64,000 bases of DNA from Paracoccaceae bacterium (GTDB taxonomy: Bacteria; Pseudomonadota; Alphaproteobacteria; Rhodobacterales; Rhodobacteraceae), in the NCBI GenBank assembly GCA_965199765.1, contig CBDATC010000001.1, positions 58,937-122,936 on the forward strand. Reading direction: 5' to 3'. Positions 18,811-29,960 of this stretch are shown piece by piece (position 1 is the first letter of the stretch; every line of letters begins with the position of its first letter). Both the position numbers and the translations under genes were made by a program. The notes below the pieces were generated by a model. It was not told the origin of the DNA. It made no database searches and saw nothing but the letters and a program-made list of their open reading frames with translations.

Positions 18811-20970
18811 ATGATCATCACCTCTTCACACACTGCTGTTTCCGTGAGCGCAAAGGTCTGGCTGAATGGACTGTGCGATAGCGTGATCGATGACTCCAAA
18901 CGCTTTGATGCCGCATCAGTCCAAATCTCTCGCCAAACCGGAAGGGCCAAAGCCGAAACTTATACTGATGTCGGTCTGCCTATTCTTCAGCCACAAACCT
19001 CAAAAGTTGAAATCGGAGCACTGGTTTGGGACGAATACTTCGATGGTCTTTCCTGCGGTCGAACTGCTGAACATTTCGCTAGAGTCATCGCTTCATTGGT
19101 TCTTTCTAAAATCACAGGATTTCGTCTTAGTGATCAACCAGTCGAAGCCCAGTCGCCTTCATACCCAATTGATGCCGCTGAATCGTTCCCTGACCTAGTC
19201 GCATGCGTTGATCTTGGTGAATTCACAGCAAAACCGGAAAACCATTCGATTGAGATAACCCCGCAGCTGGCTGAATTTGGACAAATATTTGGACTTTTGA
19301 AACGAGTCGACACAAATCTTGAACCAACAAAATACCTGACTTTGTCAGCTGCAGAAAATACATCCGCTCTAGATGCTGCAAGGCAAATTGCCTTGGAACA
19401 ACAGACTCTCGGCACTCAACTGCCGGAAGGACTTGAATCCTTGGATTTGGATGCTGCCGCAAGAGCACTGAGTTCAATACCGTCTCCCTCAGCGGCAACT
19501 GTCTATTATTTTGCTAACTGTGACTCTCCCCATCACACGATTCGATGCCAAGCGGCAGAAGCATATCCGCTCTTTGCGGATCTATTGGCGACCGACACCG
19601 AACTGTCCAAATTGATCGATAACAAAATGGACCTGGCACCCGCTATCGCAAAGCGGTTGGGCTTGAGCAAAGGACACGTGAGGCGTCTTCGGAAGCTCAC
19701 GACCCCAGTTCAGTCAAACCATGCAGTTGGAAACAACGCGATACTCCAGGCAATTCCAGAATATAATCAAAGAAACCGGGGGTACAAGCTTAATTCTAAC
19801 ACTGGTTTAGAGCAGATCTGTAAAGTGCTAAAATCTTTTCCAGCGAACTGGGTTCCCGAAACCAATTCATCGTGGAATGATCTGCTTGGAGTTTTTTCGT
19901 GCTGCGCATTGCCATTAAATGCGGCGTTCAATGTCAGTTTTGAAGATTTTTTTCTGACCGCAAAGGCCGATTGGCCTGCATTCAAAGCAACGTTGAAAAA
20001 TTCATGCGAAATTCGAGATTCACGTTTTGAAATTGAGGAGCTTTCGCTTGCAACATCTGACGCGATTGAAATGGTTGACGACTACAGCCGGAGCGTTTTG
20101 CTACCGGTTATTCTAGAAAGAATCTCTGCAGCCAACACGAATCTGCCGGTGCTGCTGCAACCCGACTTGGTCGAAGCACGCCGCCTAGCCTTCACGATCC
20201 TGGTTGGGAGAGCAGAAAACATTGCGGCGGTGCTGCTTTCAGCGGCCCGAAAATGGATGCATCGGATGCCGGCGCTCATTGAAGCGGAACGAATCCACAA
20301 TCAGAATGACGATAGCGAAGACCAAATATTGGGCGATGGAATGGAGTGGCCATCGCTTTGCAGCGACTTTGAAGCCTCAAACGGGTTTGTGGTCAGAAAT
20401 CTCTGCTCGGAATCAGCATTGCAAGTAGAGTCCCATCGCTTATCGCACTGTGTCGGCAGGCTGTATGTCAACTCAGCACGAGATGGAACGTGCCATATTT
20501 TTTCTGTTCGGAGCAAAGATAACAGCGAGAGTTATTCCACGATCCAATTATCTTGCCCCAAATCAGGACCAGCTGCGCTGGTGCGTGCCGACATGACGGT
20601 CATGCAACATAAAGCCGAAGGAAACGGCAAACCTGCAGCGGCGGCGAAGAAAGCTTGCAGCGAATGGTTGGAAAACATTCGAAACGGTAATCTGCCAATG
20701 AATCTTGACACGGTCCAATCTTGGCGCCGACGGCGGCGCGAAGCGGAGCTTGAAGGATGCGAAGAGCAGCTGACCGCTGAGCAGATTGAATTCATCTGGC
20801 AAACCGTTCTTGGGCGCAATTGGAAAAGTCCTGAAGTTCGCTTAGCGATATGGAATGAATGGCAGTACCATATCCTTCGAGGTCAACGAACACGGTTAAA
20901 CGAACCAAAGGATCTCTTGCAACATCCCGGAGTGCAGGATTTTTTGACGGCGATTAGTCCAAATTCCTAG
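18811..20970 (+). CDS. large hypothetical protein with a C-terminal PcfJ-like motif
   Basis: 719-aa ORF that begins right after an in-frame TGA, with AGGAA 7 nt upstream. Residues ~555-590 (ESHRLSHCVGRLYVNSARDGTCHIFSVRS) fit the E..M.HCVG.Y......G...I.S.R signature I associate with PcfJ-like domains (PF14284). The first ~540 aa have no motif I recognise. Confidence 0.7.
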   Translation: MIITSSHTAVSVSAKVWLNGLCDSVIDDSKRFDAASVQISRQTGRAKAETYTDVGLPILQPQTSKVEIGALVWDEYFDGLSCGRTAEHFARVIASLVLSKITGFRLSDQPVEAQSPSYPIDAAESFPDLVACVDLGEFTAKPENHSIEITPQLAEFGQIFGLLKRVDTNLEPTKYLTLSAAENTSALDAARQIALEQQTLGTQLPEGLESLDLDAAARALSSIPSPSAATVYYFANCDSPHHTIRCQAAEAYPLFADLLATDTELSKLIDNKMDLAPAIAKRLGLSKGHVRRLRKLTTPVQSNHAVGNNAILQAIPEYNQRNRGYKLNSNTGLEQICKVLKSFPANWVPETNSSWNDLLGVFSCCALPLNAAFNVSFEDFFLTAKADWPAFKATLKNSCEIRDSRFEIEELSLATSDAIEMVDDYSRSVLLPVILERISAANTNLPVLLQPDLVEARRLAFTILVGRAENIAAVLLSAARKWMHRMPALIEAERIHNQNDDSEDQILGDGMEWPSLCSDFEASNGFVVRNLCSESALQVESHRLSHCVGRLYVNSARDGTCHIFSVRSKDNSESYSTIQLSCPKSGPAALVRADMTVMQHKAEGNGKPAAAAKKACSEWLENIRNGNLPMNLDTVQSWRRRRREAELEGCEEQLTAEQIEFIWQTVLGRNWKSPEVRLAIWNEWQYHILRGQRTRLNEPKDLLQHPGVQDFLTAISPNS

Positions 20971-21284
20971 ATGCATCCAACCGGACGATGTGCGGTTCGA
21001 CACCAATAGTACTGATTTCCGCGCCCATTGCATCGATGCACGACCCATCGTCTGCTTACATAACGGCGAAACCGCTGAAAGCGGCTAGCACCGCCACTGG
21101 TTCGGGATCGCGATGCCACAAAAAACCGACCTGACGGGTTCCGCGACGGTCTGCCTCACTACGCCGACGCGTTGAGCCCGATGATCCGGAAGTCATCTGA
21201 AACAAGTCCGAGCTGACCCGTCTGCTCAACTTAAAAAGCGAAACTCAATCGCAGACGAACAGCGTTCAAACTTTTGTTCCTAAA

Positions 21285-21360
21285 TGGCGAGGCTGACGGG
21301 ATTCGAACCCGCGACCCCTGGCGTGACAGGCCAGTACTCTAACCGCTGAGCTACAGCCCC
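21285..21360 (-). tRNA. tRNA-Asp (anticodon GTC)
   Basis: The reverse strand reads GGGGCTG TA GCTC AGCGGTTA GAGT A CTGGC CTGTCAC GCCAG GGGTC GCGGG TTCGAAT CCCGT CAGCCTC G CCA. It folds by hand into a cloverleaf with G10-U25 and an encoded CCA. Confidence 0.93.
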
Positions 21361-21542
21361 GCAAAGCGTTAATTTGCCGCTCATTATGCGCCTGTTACGA
21401 TCTATAATTCAAATCGTCAAGCAACTATTGTGTTTGAATCAAGTCTGTTGATTGCAGGTTCGAAGACACCGGCATTGTTGAATGCCATCAACCAAAAGCT
21501 CTGCCTCAAACACGCGGCAGCATATAACCGGTGTTCAAAAAA

Positions 21543-21617
<75 letters not shown>

Positions 21618-21660
21618 TCTCCGACCATTTCTCCCGCTTACGCCACCCGACATGGCGCGA

Positions 21661-21735
21661 TGGTGGGTGATGAGAGACTCGAACTCCCGACATCTTCGAT
21701 GTGAACGAAGCGCTCTACCACTGAGCTAATCACCC
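21661..21735 (-). tRNA. tRNA-Val (anticodon CAC)
   Basis: Same scaffold as the neighbouring tRNA-Val, differing at 3 positions: anticodon first base, position 38 and one T-loop base. Confidence 0.93.
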
Positions 21736-21788
21736 GCGACGCTGCTAAATAACCCGCTACGGTGGTTTTCGCAAATTGCAATATGTGC

Positions 21789-24203
21789 TCAGTGTTTCGC
21801 CACGCTGACAGTTTCATGCTGTTTATCCAAAAAGGATCGGTCAGGCGTACCCAACTCCATATCCCATTCTATGCGCTCCGGTGTCTGCGTCAGTGCCAAT
21901 TCAAGCACTTCGCTGACATTCGACACCGGTGTGATATTCAGCGATTGTGTTACGCTTTCGGGAATCTCCGAAAGATCTTTCAAATTCCTTTCGGGAATCA
22001 ACACAGTCTCAATTCCGCCGCGCGCTGCCGCAAGCAACTTCGACTTGAGTCCCCCGATAGGCAGCACATTGCCTCGCAGCGTCACTTCTCCCGTCATCGC
22101 CACCGTGCGCCGGACCTTGATGCCGGTCAGCACCGATACAATCGCGGTCACCATGGCAACGCCTGCGGATGGGCCATCTTTGGGCATCGCTCCCTCTGGA
22201 ACATGCACATGAATGTCGATGTTTGAGAAACCGGTTGGCTTGAAGCCGATTTCTGGTGAAATCGACTGCACGTATGTCGAAGCTGCTTGGATTGATTCTT
22301 TCATCACATCGCCAAGCTTCCCGGTCGTCTTCATGCGCCCTTTGCCCTGCGTCGCCGTCGCTTCAATCGACAACAGGTCGCCTCCCGAAGGAGTCCACGC
22401 CAATCCTGTGACGACACCGATGCTATCAAGCTCCTCAGCGAGACCGAATCGAAACTTCGGCGGCCCCAAAAACTGACTAATTGATTTGGTCGAAACTGTG
22501 ATGCTTTTGATCTCTTCCTTGGCAAGCTTGGTAACCGATTTTCTAGCAAGCTTGGCGATTTCCCGCTCTAGATTCCGAACACCGGCCTCTCGTGTATAGA
22601 CCCGCACCAAATCCTCAATCGCTCGGTCCTTGACCTTGAACTCGCTCGCCTTGACGCCATGCGCCTTGCGCTGCTTCGGAATGAGATGACGCTTGGCGAT
22701 CTCGATTTTTTCGTCTTCGGTGTAACCTTCCAAAGAAATGACTTCCATCCGGTCCAGCAGCGGTTCGGGGATATTGCCGATATAATTGGCGGTCGTAATG
22801 AAAAGCACATCGGAAAGATCATAATCGACATCCAGATACCGATCGACAAATCGCGAATTCTGTTCGGGATCCAACACTTCAAGAAGAGCGCTGGCCGGGT
22901 CGCTTCGAAACGAATTACCCAGTTTATCAACCTCGTCCAAAAGCATCAGCGGATTCGTGGACTTCGCCTTCTTTAAGGATTGGATGATTCGTCCGGGCAT
23001 CGACCCGATATAGGTGCGTCTATGCCCTCGTATTTCCGCCTCGTCTCCCACACCACCCAGTGAAATCCGCAGGAAATCGCGACCTGTGGCTTCTGCAGCT
23101 GATTGGCCAAGCGAAGTTTTGCCAACACCTGGAGGTCCTACAAGACACAAAATCGGGCCTGACACTTTTTTGATGCGCTGCTGCACAGCAATATACTCAA
23201 CGAGCCGTTCCTTGACCTTTTTTAGGCCGTAATGGTCGCGATCCAGAATTTCTTCAGCTTTAGCCAGGTCTGTTGTCGTGTCTCGTTTCAAACCCCACGG
23301 AATCGTAAGCAGCCAATCCAGATAACTTCGGATAACGCTTGCCTCGGCAACATTGTTGCCCATGGATTTGAGCTTTTTGAGCTCACCGAGCGCTTTCTCC
23401 CGAGCTTCCTTGGACAGCTTGACTTCATCAATTTTATCCTGCAGTTCGTCGATTTCCGAAGACTCGTCCGCATCTCCCAATTCACGCTGAATGGCCTTCA
23501 TTTGCTCATTCAGGTAGTATTCGCGCTGCGATTTGCTCATCTGAGACTTAACTCGGCGTTTAACCTTCTTCTCAACGAGTGCCGCTTGATTCTCTTTCTC
23601 GACCAGTTGCAGAGCCTTTGCCACTCGCGACTTGATATCACGCATTTCCAGTACTGCTTGTTTGCTCGGAACATCAACATTCATCTGAGCGGCAACCGCA
23701 TCGGCGAGCTCACCAGGGTCTCTGATTTCCAAAACATTTTTCAAAATCTCTTCACCGCCGGATTTCAAGCGTGATGCGAAAAGTTTAAATTCATCCCGCA
23801 GCCTCTGAACCAAAACCTTGAGCTCAACTTTCGCATCATCGCTGCTGTCAAATGTGCTCATCAGCGGCGCAGCGAGAGCTTTAAGTGATCCATCTTCAAC
23901 AAAATACTTATCGACCGTCATGCGCGTTTGCCCTTCGACGAGGACTTTAATTGTGCCGTCGGGAATCTTCAGAAACTGCAGAATACTGGCCAAAACCGCT
24001 GTTTCATAAACTTCACTATCCTCTGGATCTTCAACTTCAGGATCCCTTTGCGCAGTCAAGAGTATATCGGTTTCGGCTGCGGCTGCCTGCTCCAACGCTC
24101 GAATGGACCTACTTCGGCCAACGAATAACGGGCAGATCATTTTTGGAAACACGACGATGTCTCGCAATGGAAGTACCGGATAAGCGATGAGTTGCTCGGA
24201 CAT
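21789..24203 (-). CDS. lon: ATP-dependent endopeptidase La (Lon protease)
   Basis: 804 aa. LON N-domain (YPVLPLRDIVVFP), AAA+ Walker A (GPPGVGKTS) and proteolytic Ser motif (PKDGPSAGVAM). Confidence 0.96.
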   Translation of the reverse strand: MSEQLIAYPVLPLRDIVVFPKMICPLFVGRSRSIRALEQAAAAETDILLTAQRDPEVEDPEDSEVYETAVLASILQFLKIPDGTIKVLVEGQTRMTVDKYFVEDGSLKALAAPLMSTFDSSDDAKVELKVLVQRLRDEFKLFASRLKSGGEEILKNVLEIRDPGELADAVAAQMNVDVPSKQAVLEMRDIKSRVAKALQLVEKENQAALVEKKVKRRVKSQMSKSQREYYLNEQMKAIQRELGDADESSEIDELQDKIDEVKLSKEAREKALGELKKLKSMGNNVAEASVIRSYLDWLLTIPWGLKRDTTTDLAKAEEILDRDHYGLKKVKERLVEYIAVQQRIKKVSGPILCLVGPPGVGKTSLGQSAAEATGRDFLRISLGGVGDEAEIRGHRRTYIGSMPGRIIQSLKKAKSTNPLMLLDEVDKLGNSFRSDPASALLEVLDPEQNSRFVDRYLDVDYDLSDVLFITTANYIGNIPEPLLDRMEVISLEGYTEDEKIEIAKRHLIPKQRKAHGVKASEFKVKDRAIEDLVRVYTREAGVRNLEREIAKLARKSVTKLAKEEIKSITVSTKSISQFLGPPKFRFGLAEELDSIGVVTGLAWTPSGGDLLSIEATATQGKGRMKTTGKLGDVMKESIQAASTYVQSISPEIGFKPTGFSNIDIHVHVPEGAMPKDGPSAGVAMVTAIVSVLTGIKVRRTVAMTGEVTLRGNVLPIGGLKSKLLAAARGGIETVLIPERNLKDLSEIPESVTQSLNITPVSNVSEVLELALTQTPERIEWDMELGTPDRSFLDKQHETVSVAKH

Positions 24204-24414
24204 GTCTTTTCTCCTGATGAACTGTCTGCAGCCGCATCCTGGCTGACTTGATACTTCTGTCGCCTAAGCGCTATCGAGCGCTGACTGACTTTATCGCCGG
24301 AAGACCGGGATTTCCACAGATCCCGATGGCAACGCTGGCAGTCTGTGGCATTGCATCGGCGAGTCTGCATTCACACAATCCCGAACCGGCGCAACCGCCT
24401 TACGGGAAATGGTG

Positions 24415-25584
<1,170 letters not shown>

Positions 25585-25652
25585 CTACCGCGCTGACCGA
25601 AACCTCAGCTGAAAGACAGCTGCCGCGCTATTTGTCACCATCACGCCTTCTC

Positions 25653-27728
25653 CTATTCCCGACGTGTGGATCCAACGCGATGGTACAACACCAATGCCGC
25701 CCCGGTTACGAGACCTGCCACTGCAATCTTCGGATCTGGGACTAAAATTGCTGCGCCGGCAATGAGTCGCGCAACGACTTCCATGCGGTTTAGTTTGGTT
25801 CGTTCACATCCCGCCAAGGCCGAAGTAATCAGCCACATTGCACTTGCAAAAGCAAATAATATCCATCCAAATTCCGCCCAGGTGACCATGCTTGAACTGA
25901 TCATGGCCGGTGAATTCGCCGTCCTGCCATCAAACCATTCAATCAGCACCTGCAATTTGTAGAGCACCGCCGGGTGGTAGACGAACACGAAGGGAATAAC
26001 GAACCCTGCGACCGACAACCGCGCTGCCTGCAATCCCGTCTTAATCGGGTCAGCTCCGGCGATCGGCGCTGCGGCAAACGCTGCCAATGCAACCGGTGGA
26101 GTTACCGTAGAAATCACGGCGAAATACACAACGAACAGGTGCAATGTCAGCGCCGGAATGCCAACCGCCTCAATTCCTGAACTCAGGGCGATGACTATAA
26201 CGAAATATGTCGCGCCCGGAGGCAGCCCCATACCCAACAGAATTGAACCGAGAGCCACGATCACCAAAACAGAGAGCAAAGGTCCGGATGCGATTTCAGT
26301 CAGCAGTTGCGAAAGTCGCCCAGAGAATCCTGAAACCTGAATTAACCCGACAATCAAACCGATTGCCGCTACAATTACGATGAAGTTTGCGGACATCCGA
26401 CCTGCAGTTGCGAATGCGCGCAGATAAACGCCAACCGATCGAGTTGTGGGAAAGAGCCACAGAGAAGCGGCTAGAGCCGAGACGAGCCCATAAAATCCGG
26501 CCTTCTGCACTGATGGCTGCGTAAACAGAAAATAAGAAAGGACACAGATCGGAATGACGAAGACCAGACACTGCTTAAGCTCGATGCGGGTCAAAGCTGG
26601 CCGTTCACTTGGAGGAAGTTGGCCGATGCCCTGCCGATTTGCAGCAAAGTAAACGCTCAGAAAAATTCCAAGATAATAGAATATAGCAGGCACGATCGCC
26701 GCAATGACAATATACCGATACTCAAGGCCGATCTGACCGGCCACAAAGAATGCAACAACTCCCATCACCGGCGGCATAATCTGCCCACCGGTCGAAGCAG
26801 AAGCTTCTACCGCTCCTGCAAATGCAGACCGAAATCCTGATCGTTTGATGACAGGAATGGTCATCACACCGGTAGAAACGACGTTGGATACCGCGGCACC
26901 GGATAATGTTCCGAACAGAGCCGAACTTGCGACCGCCGCATGAGCCGCGCCGCCGGTCAGACCTCCGGTCGCGCGGTTGGCGATTTTCATCAACAATTTA
27001 CCGGCCCCGGATGCCATGAGCACAGCGCCGAACAAAACAAAAATTAAAACATTGCCGGATACTACCTGCAGCGGCTGGCCGAACATGCCTCCGGTCTGGG
27101 ACCAGAAATTAAGAACCATCGAACGCAGACTCTGGGCGGGAGTCTGCTGCGACCCTTGGAACAGTCCGGTCCAGTCTGGCAGGCTTCCCTTAATAAAGAA
27201 ATAAATCACCCAAAATACGCAGAATCCAACAATGAACAGCCCAAAATACCGATATGCCAAATAAAGAGCGATTACGGTCGCAATTGGAAACATTACGAAG
27301 TCAATTCCTCGCGCTGTCGGAAGCAGACCAGCGTCGATTGCAAAAAGATTGGACATCCATGCCAGAATGGTTATCGCTCCAAGCATTGCGAGCGGCCATC
27401 TGAGCCAATTCCAGCGCTCCGAGTATGTTAATGTCAAAGTGCTGACGACGATTCCAAAGAACACTGGAAGTCCAAGAATCAGACCTGTTGGAAGCAGAAA
27501 ACTGCGTTCAAACGCTTTGTAGGCTGCGCCAAGCCAATGTTCTCTTAACAGAACACGCTGGTCTCTTCTGCTTAACTCCTCGAAGCCCGGTGTTGTGATT
27601 TCGATGAACCAGCGCACAAAGTCGGTCAAAGGTCCAGAAGCAGCGTAAACAGCGATCACTAAGCCAAAAACACAGGCAAAAATATCCGCCAGCCACTCTG
27701 CGGTACTCTTAGCCTTCTCGGACGACAC
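25653..27728 (-). CDS. TRAP transporter fused permease (TAXI-type 4TM/12TM fusion)
   Basis: 691 aa, very hydrophobic throughout. Size and layout match the fused DctQM-like permeases of TAXI-TRAP systems. No adjacent binding-protein gene. Confidence 0.75.
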   Translation of the reverse strand: MSSEKAKSTAEWLADIFACVFGLVIAVYAASGPLTDFVRWFIEITTPGFEELSRRDQRVLLREHWLGAAYKAFERSFLLPTGLILGLPVFFGIVVSTLTLTYSERWNWLRWPLAMLGAITILAWMSNLFAIDAGLLPTARGIDFVMFPIATVIALYLAYRYFGLFIVGFCVFWVIYFFIKGSLPDWTGLFQGSQQTPAQSLRSMVLNFWSQTGGMFGQPLQVVSGNVLIFVLFGAVLMASGAGKLLMKIANRATGGLTGGAAHAAVASSALFGTLSGAAVSNVVSTGVMTIPVIKRSGFRSAFAGAVEASASTGGQIMPPVMGVVAFFVAGQIGLEYRYIVIAAIVPAIFYYLGIFLSVYFAANRQGIGQLPPSERPALTRIELKQCLVFVIPICVLSYFLFTQPSVQKAGFYGLVSALAASLWLFPTTRSVGVYLRAFATAGRMSANFIVIVAAIGLIVGLIQVSGFSGRLSQLLTEIASGPLLSVLVIVALGSILLGMGLPPGATYFVIVIALSSGIEAVGIPALTLHLFVVYFAVISTVTPPVALAAFAAAPIAGADPIKTGLQAARLSVAGFVIPFVFVYHPAVLYKLQVLIEWFDGRTANSPAMISSSMVTWAEFGWILFAFASAMWLITSALAGCERTKLNRMEVVARLIAGAAILVPDPKIAVAGLVTGAALVLYHRVGSTRRE

Positions 27729-27954
27729 TCTTTCAATTACTCCTAGGCATACCTAAAGATACGCATTCATTCCTAGGTCAGCTTTATCGGCCTGCGGTTT
27801 AACAGGCGCGATATTTTTTTTCCACCGCAACACAATGAAAGCGATTCACAATCCATGTGATCTGTGCCGCGCGACAACTAACAGCCTTTCACTTGGAATT
27901 CTCGCGAACATACTTTATTTATTGACTCGGAAATAACAGCACATCACCGGTAAA

Positions 27955-28320
27955 ATGACCCCATCGGACGCCCAGATTATGGAAGGCACACCTCTCATTC
28001 AGCCATCAACGACCGAACATCCTCTCTATGAGACGATCGTTGAAGCTTGCCGTTCAGTCTACGACCCAGAAATCCCAGTCAACATTTATGATTTAGGTCT
28101 GATCTATACAATTGAAATCGGCGATGAGGGCGATGTTGACCTTATCATGACACTGACCGCGCCAGGATGTCCGGTTGCCGGAGAAATGCCGGGTTGGCTA
28201 GCCGAAGCGGTTGAACCATTGGAAGGCGTAAAATCGGTCAATGTCGATCTCGTTTGGGACCCGCCTTGGGGCATGGAGATGATGTCTGATGAAGCACGCC
28301 TTGAACTGGGGTTCATGTGA
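27955..28320 (+). CDS. SUF system Fe-S cluster assembly protein (DUF59/SufT-like)
   Basis: 121 aa. DPEIPVNIYDLGLIY...TLTAPGCPVAG is the DUF59/MIP18 signature. Confidence 0.82.
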   Translation: MTPSDAQIMEGTPLIQPSTTEHPLYETIVEACRSVYDPEIPVNIYDLGLIYTIEIGDEGDVDLIMTLTAPGCPVAGEMPGWLAEAVEPLEGVKSVNVDLVWDPPWGMEMMSDEARLELGFM

Positions 28321-28387
28321 GCGGTCTTGCGGCAGTCGCGGACCTGCAGTGTGAAAACTAACTGTACAACGGACTGAGGAATTCGCC

Positions 28388-28741
28388 ATGTTCGCGAACG
28401 ACGGTAAACAAGCAGTGACCATGACCGACTGCGCAGTGCGGCAAATCAAAAAGCTCATGCGGAATTCGGGAAAACACGGGCTTCGCATCGGCGTCAAAAA
28501 GGGTGGTTGCGCGGGAATGGAATATACAATGGAATTCGTCGAAGCCGCCGATGCGGCAGACGAAGTCATCGAACAGGACGGAGCACGGGTATTGATCGCT
28601 CCGCTTGCTCAAATGTTTTTGTTCGGAACCGAAATTGACTATTCCCAAAGTCTATTGGAATCGGGTTTTCAATTTAACAATCCAAATGTTGTGGAAGCCT
28701 GCGGCTGCGGCGAGTCGATCCGTTTCGAAATTTCGGATTGA
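28388..28741 (+). CDS. iron-sulfur cluster insertion protein, HesB/IscA/SufA family
   Basis: 117 aa. GGCAGMEY and the C-terminal CGCGES motif. The start could be ATG 28421 (MTDCAVRQIKKL). Confidence 0.85.
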   Translation: MFANDGKQAVTMTDCAVRQIKKLMRNSGKHGLRIGVKKGGCAGMEYTMEFVEAADAADEVIEQDGARVLIAPLAQMFLFGTEIDYSQSLLESGFQFNNPNVVEACGCGESIRFEISD

Positions 28742-28818
28742 AACCCCGAGTGTCGGGCGCCTTTGGCAGCCCGTTTGAATCTTCCAAACCGACGGCCATA
28801 ATCCAGTAAGGAGAACCC

Positions 28819-29586
28819 ATGAAACCCTTCCTAGTGGTCGGAAACTGGAAAATGAACGGTGTCAGCGCAGACTTGAGCGAAGCCGCCGAAGTGGCTGCCG
28901 ACAACCCGGACTCCGATTGTGAAATCTTGATATGCCCACCAGCGGCGCTGATCAGTCGCATGTCAAACATTCTTGCTGAATCTGCCGTCAAGATCGGCGG
29001 TCAGAATTGCCATCATATGGATTCCGGAGCACATACCGGTGACATTTCAGCTGCGATGCTTGTGGATGCTGGAGCCGACTACGTCATTGTCGGACATTCC
29101 GAACGTCGCCATAATCATGCCGAAACCAACGAATTAATCCACCAAAAGATCCTCTCCGCTTGGCGTGCGGGCCTTAATACAATCGTTTGTGTTGGTGAAA
29201 CCGAGGCTGATCGACTCAAAGGCCGCGAACAATCCGTTGTTCGGAAGCAAATCCAAGAATGTGTTCCTGTTTCATCAAAATCAGCAAATGTTGTGATTGC
29301 CTATGAACCGGTCTGGGCAATCGGCACCGGACGCACCGCAAGTTCAATGGAGATTGAAACCATGCACGCCTTCATTCGGCGGCAGTGCATAAGCTATTTT
29401 GGGAAATACGTTGGAAAATCGGTGCGAATTCTCTATGGAGGATCGATCAATGCAGCCAACGCAGCTTCAATTTTCGCCATCAATAATGTCAACGGCGCTC
29501 TGATTGGCGGCGCTTCACTGAAGGCCACTGATTTCAACGCGGTCATTCGTTCGGCGCCGAACACCGGCAGGGGCATCGACACTTAA
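28819..29586 (+). CDS. tpiA: triose-phosphate isomerase
   Basis: 255 aa. GNWKMNG, VGHSERR and YEPVWAIGTG. AGGAG lies 7 nt upstream. Confidence 0.95.
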   Translation: MKPFLVVGNWKMNGVSADLSEAAEVAADNPDSDCEILICPPAALISRMSNILAESAVKIGGQNCHHMDSGAHTGDISAAMLVDAGADYVIVGHSERRHNHAETNELIHQKILSAWRAGLNTIVCVGETEADRLKGREQSVVRKQIQECVPVSSKSANVVIAYEPVWAIGTGRTASSMEIETMHAFIRRQCISYFGKYVGKSVRILYGGSINAANAASIFAINNVNGALIGGASLKATDFNAVIRSAPNTGRGIDT

Positions 29587-29794
29587 GAATTTGTCGAAAT
29601 TTGAATTGTCATCGGCTTTTGACAATCTGCGCCAACATCTCAACAACCCAAAAAAAGAACGTGTCCGGTGCTTCCGTCATCTGCCAATGCTGGCCACATG
29701 ATCGGCTTGATTCCGGATGATCAGTTGGGCTGATTCCAAGTTTGGCATTTTTTCGGGGCGAATGATTGTCTCTACTAGTATGTCCATTGCGCAA

Positions 29795-29955
29795 GGTAGT
29801 GTCCAGAATCTTTCGCACTTTCAGTCATGCGACGGCGGCTCCGTTATGTTGAAGTTTCATCTCGCGCAGCGGCTCCATGTCCATATACTTTCGCGTGCTC
29901 CACTGTGTCCCGGCGATGTGTTTCAACCTGGCTGCAGCCAGGCAGAGACAGAATT
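29795..29955 (-). mobile_element. IS256-family insertion sequence remnant: right end plus the last ~42 transposase codons
   Basis: The reverse strand reads GQFCLCLAAARLKHIAGTQWSTRKYMDMEPLREMKLQHNGAAVA-stop followed by GAAAGTGCGAAAGATTCTGGACACTACC. Its inner edge lies 5 nt from the lpdA stop codon. Confidence 0.75.
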
Positions 29956-29960
29956 GACCA

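Noticed and set aside
21131-21147. CTGACGGG-TTC-CGCGAC resembles the 3' part of tRNA-Asp (CTGACGGGATTCGAACCCGCGAC), which could be a degenerate att repeat.
   Set aside because: Only an exact 8-mer plus short gapped pieces match. A rough count (about 70 tRNA 8-mers x 300 nt x 2 strands / 65536) expects about 0.6 such matches by chance.
21204-21214. AAGTCCGAGCT resembles the RNase P RNA P4 motif GAAAGTCCGGGCT.
   Set aside because: None of the other universally conserved RNase P RNA blocks are nearby, and the free segment (314 nt) is too short.
24267-24282. Hairpin AGCGCT-ATCG-AGCGCT between tgt and lon as a terminator, and a sigma-32 heat-shock promoter for lon.
   Set aside because: The stem is 6 bp with no U-tract. 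I could not find a convincing CTTG-N17-CCTATNT-type promoter by eye.
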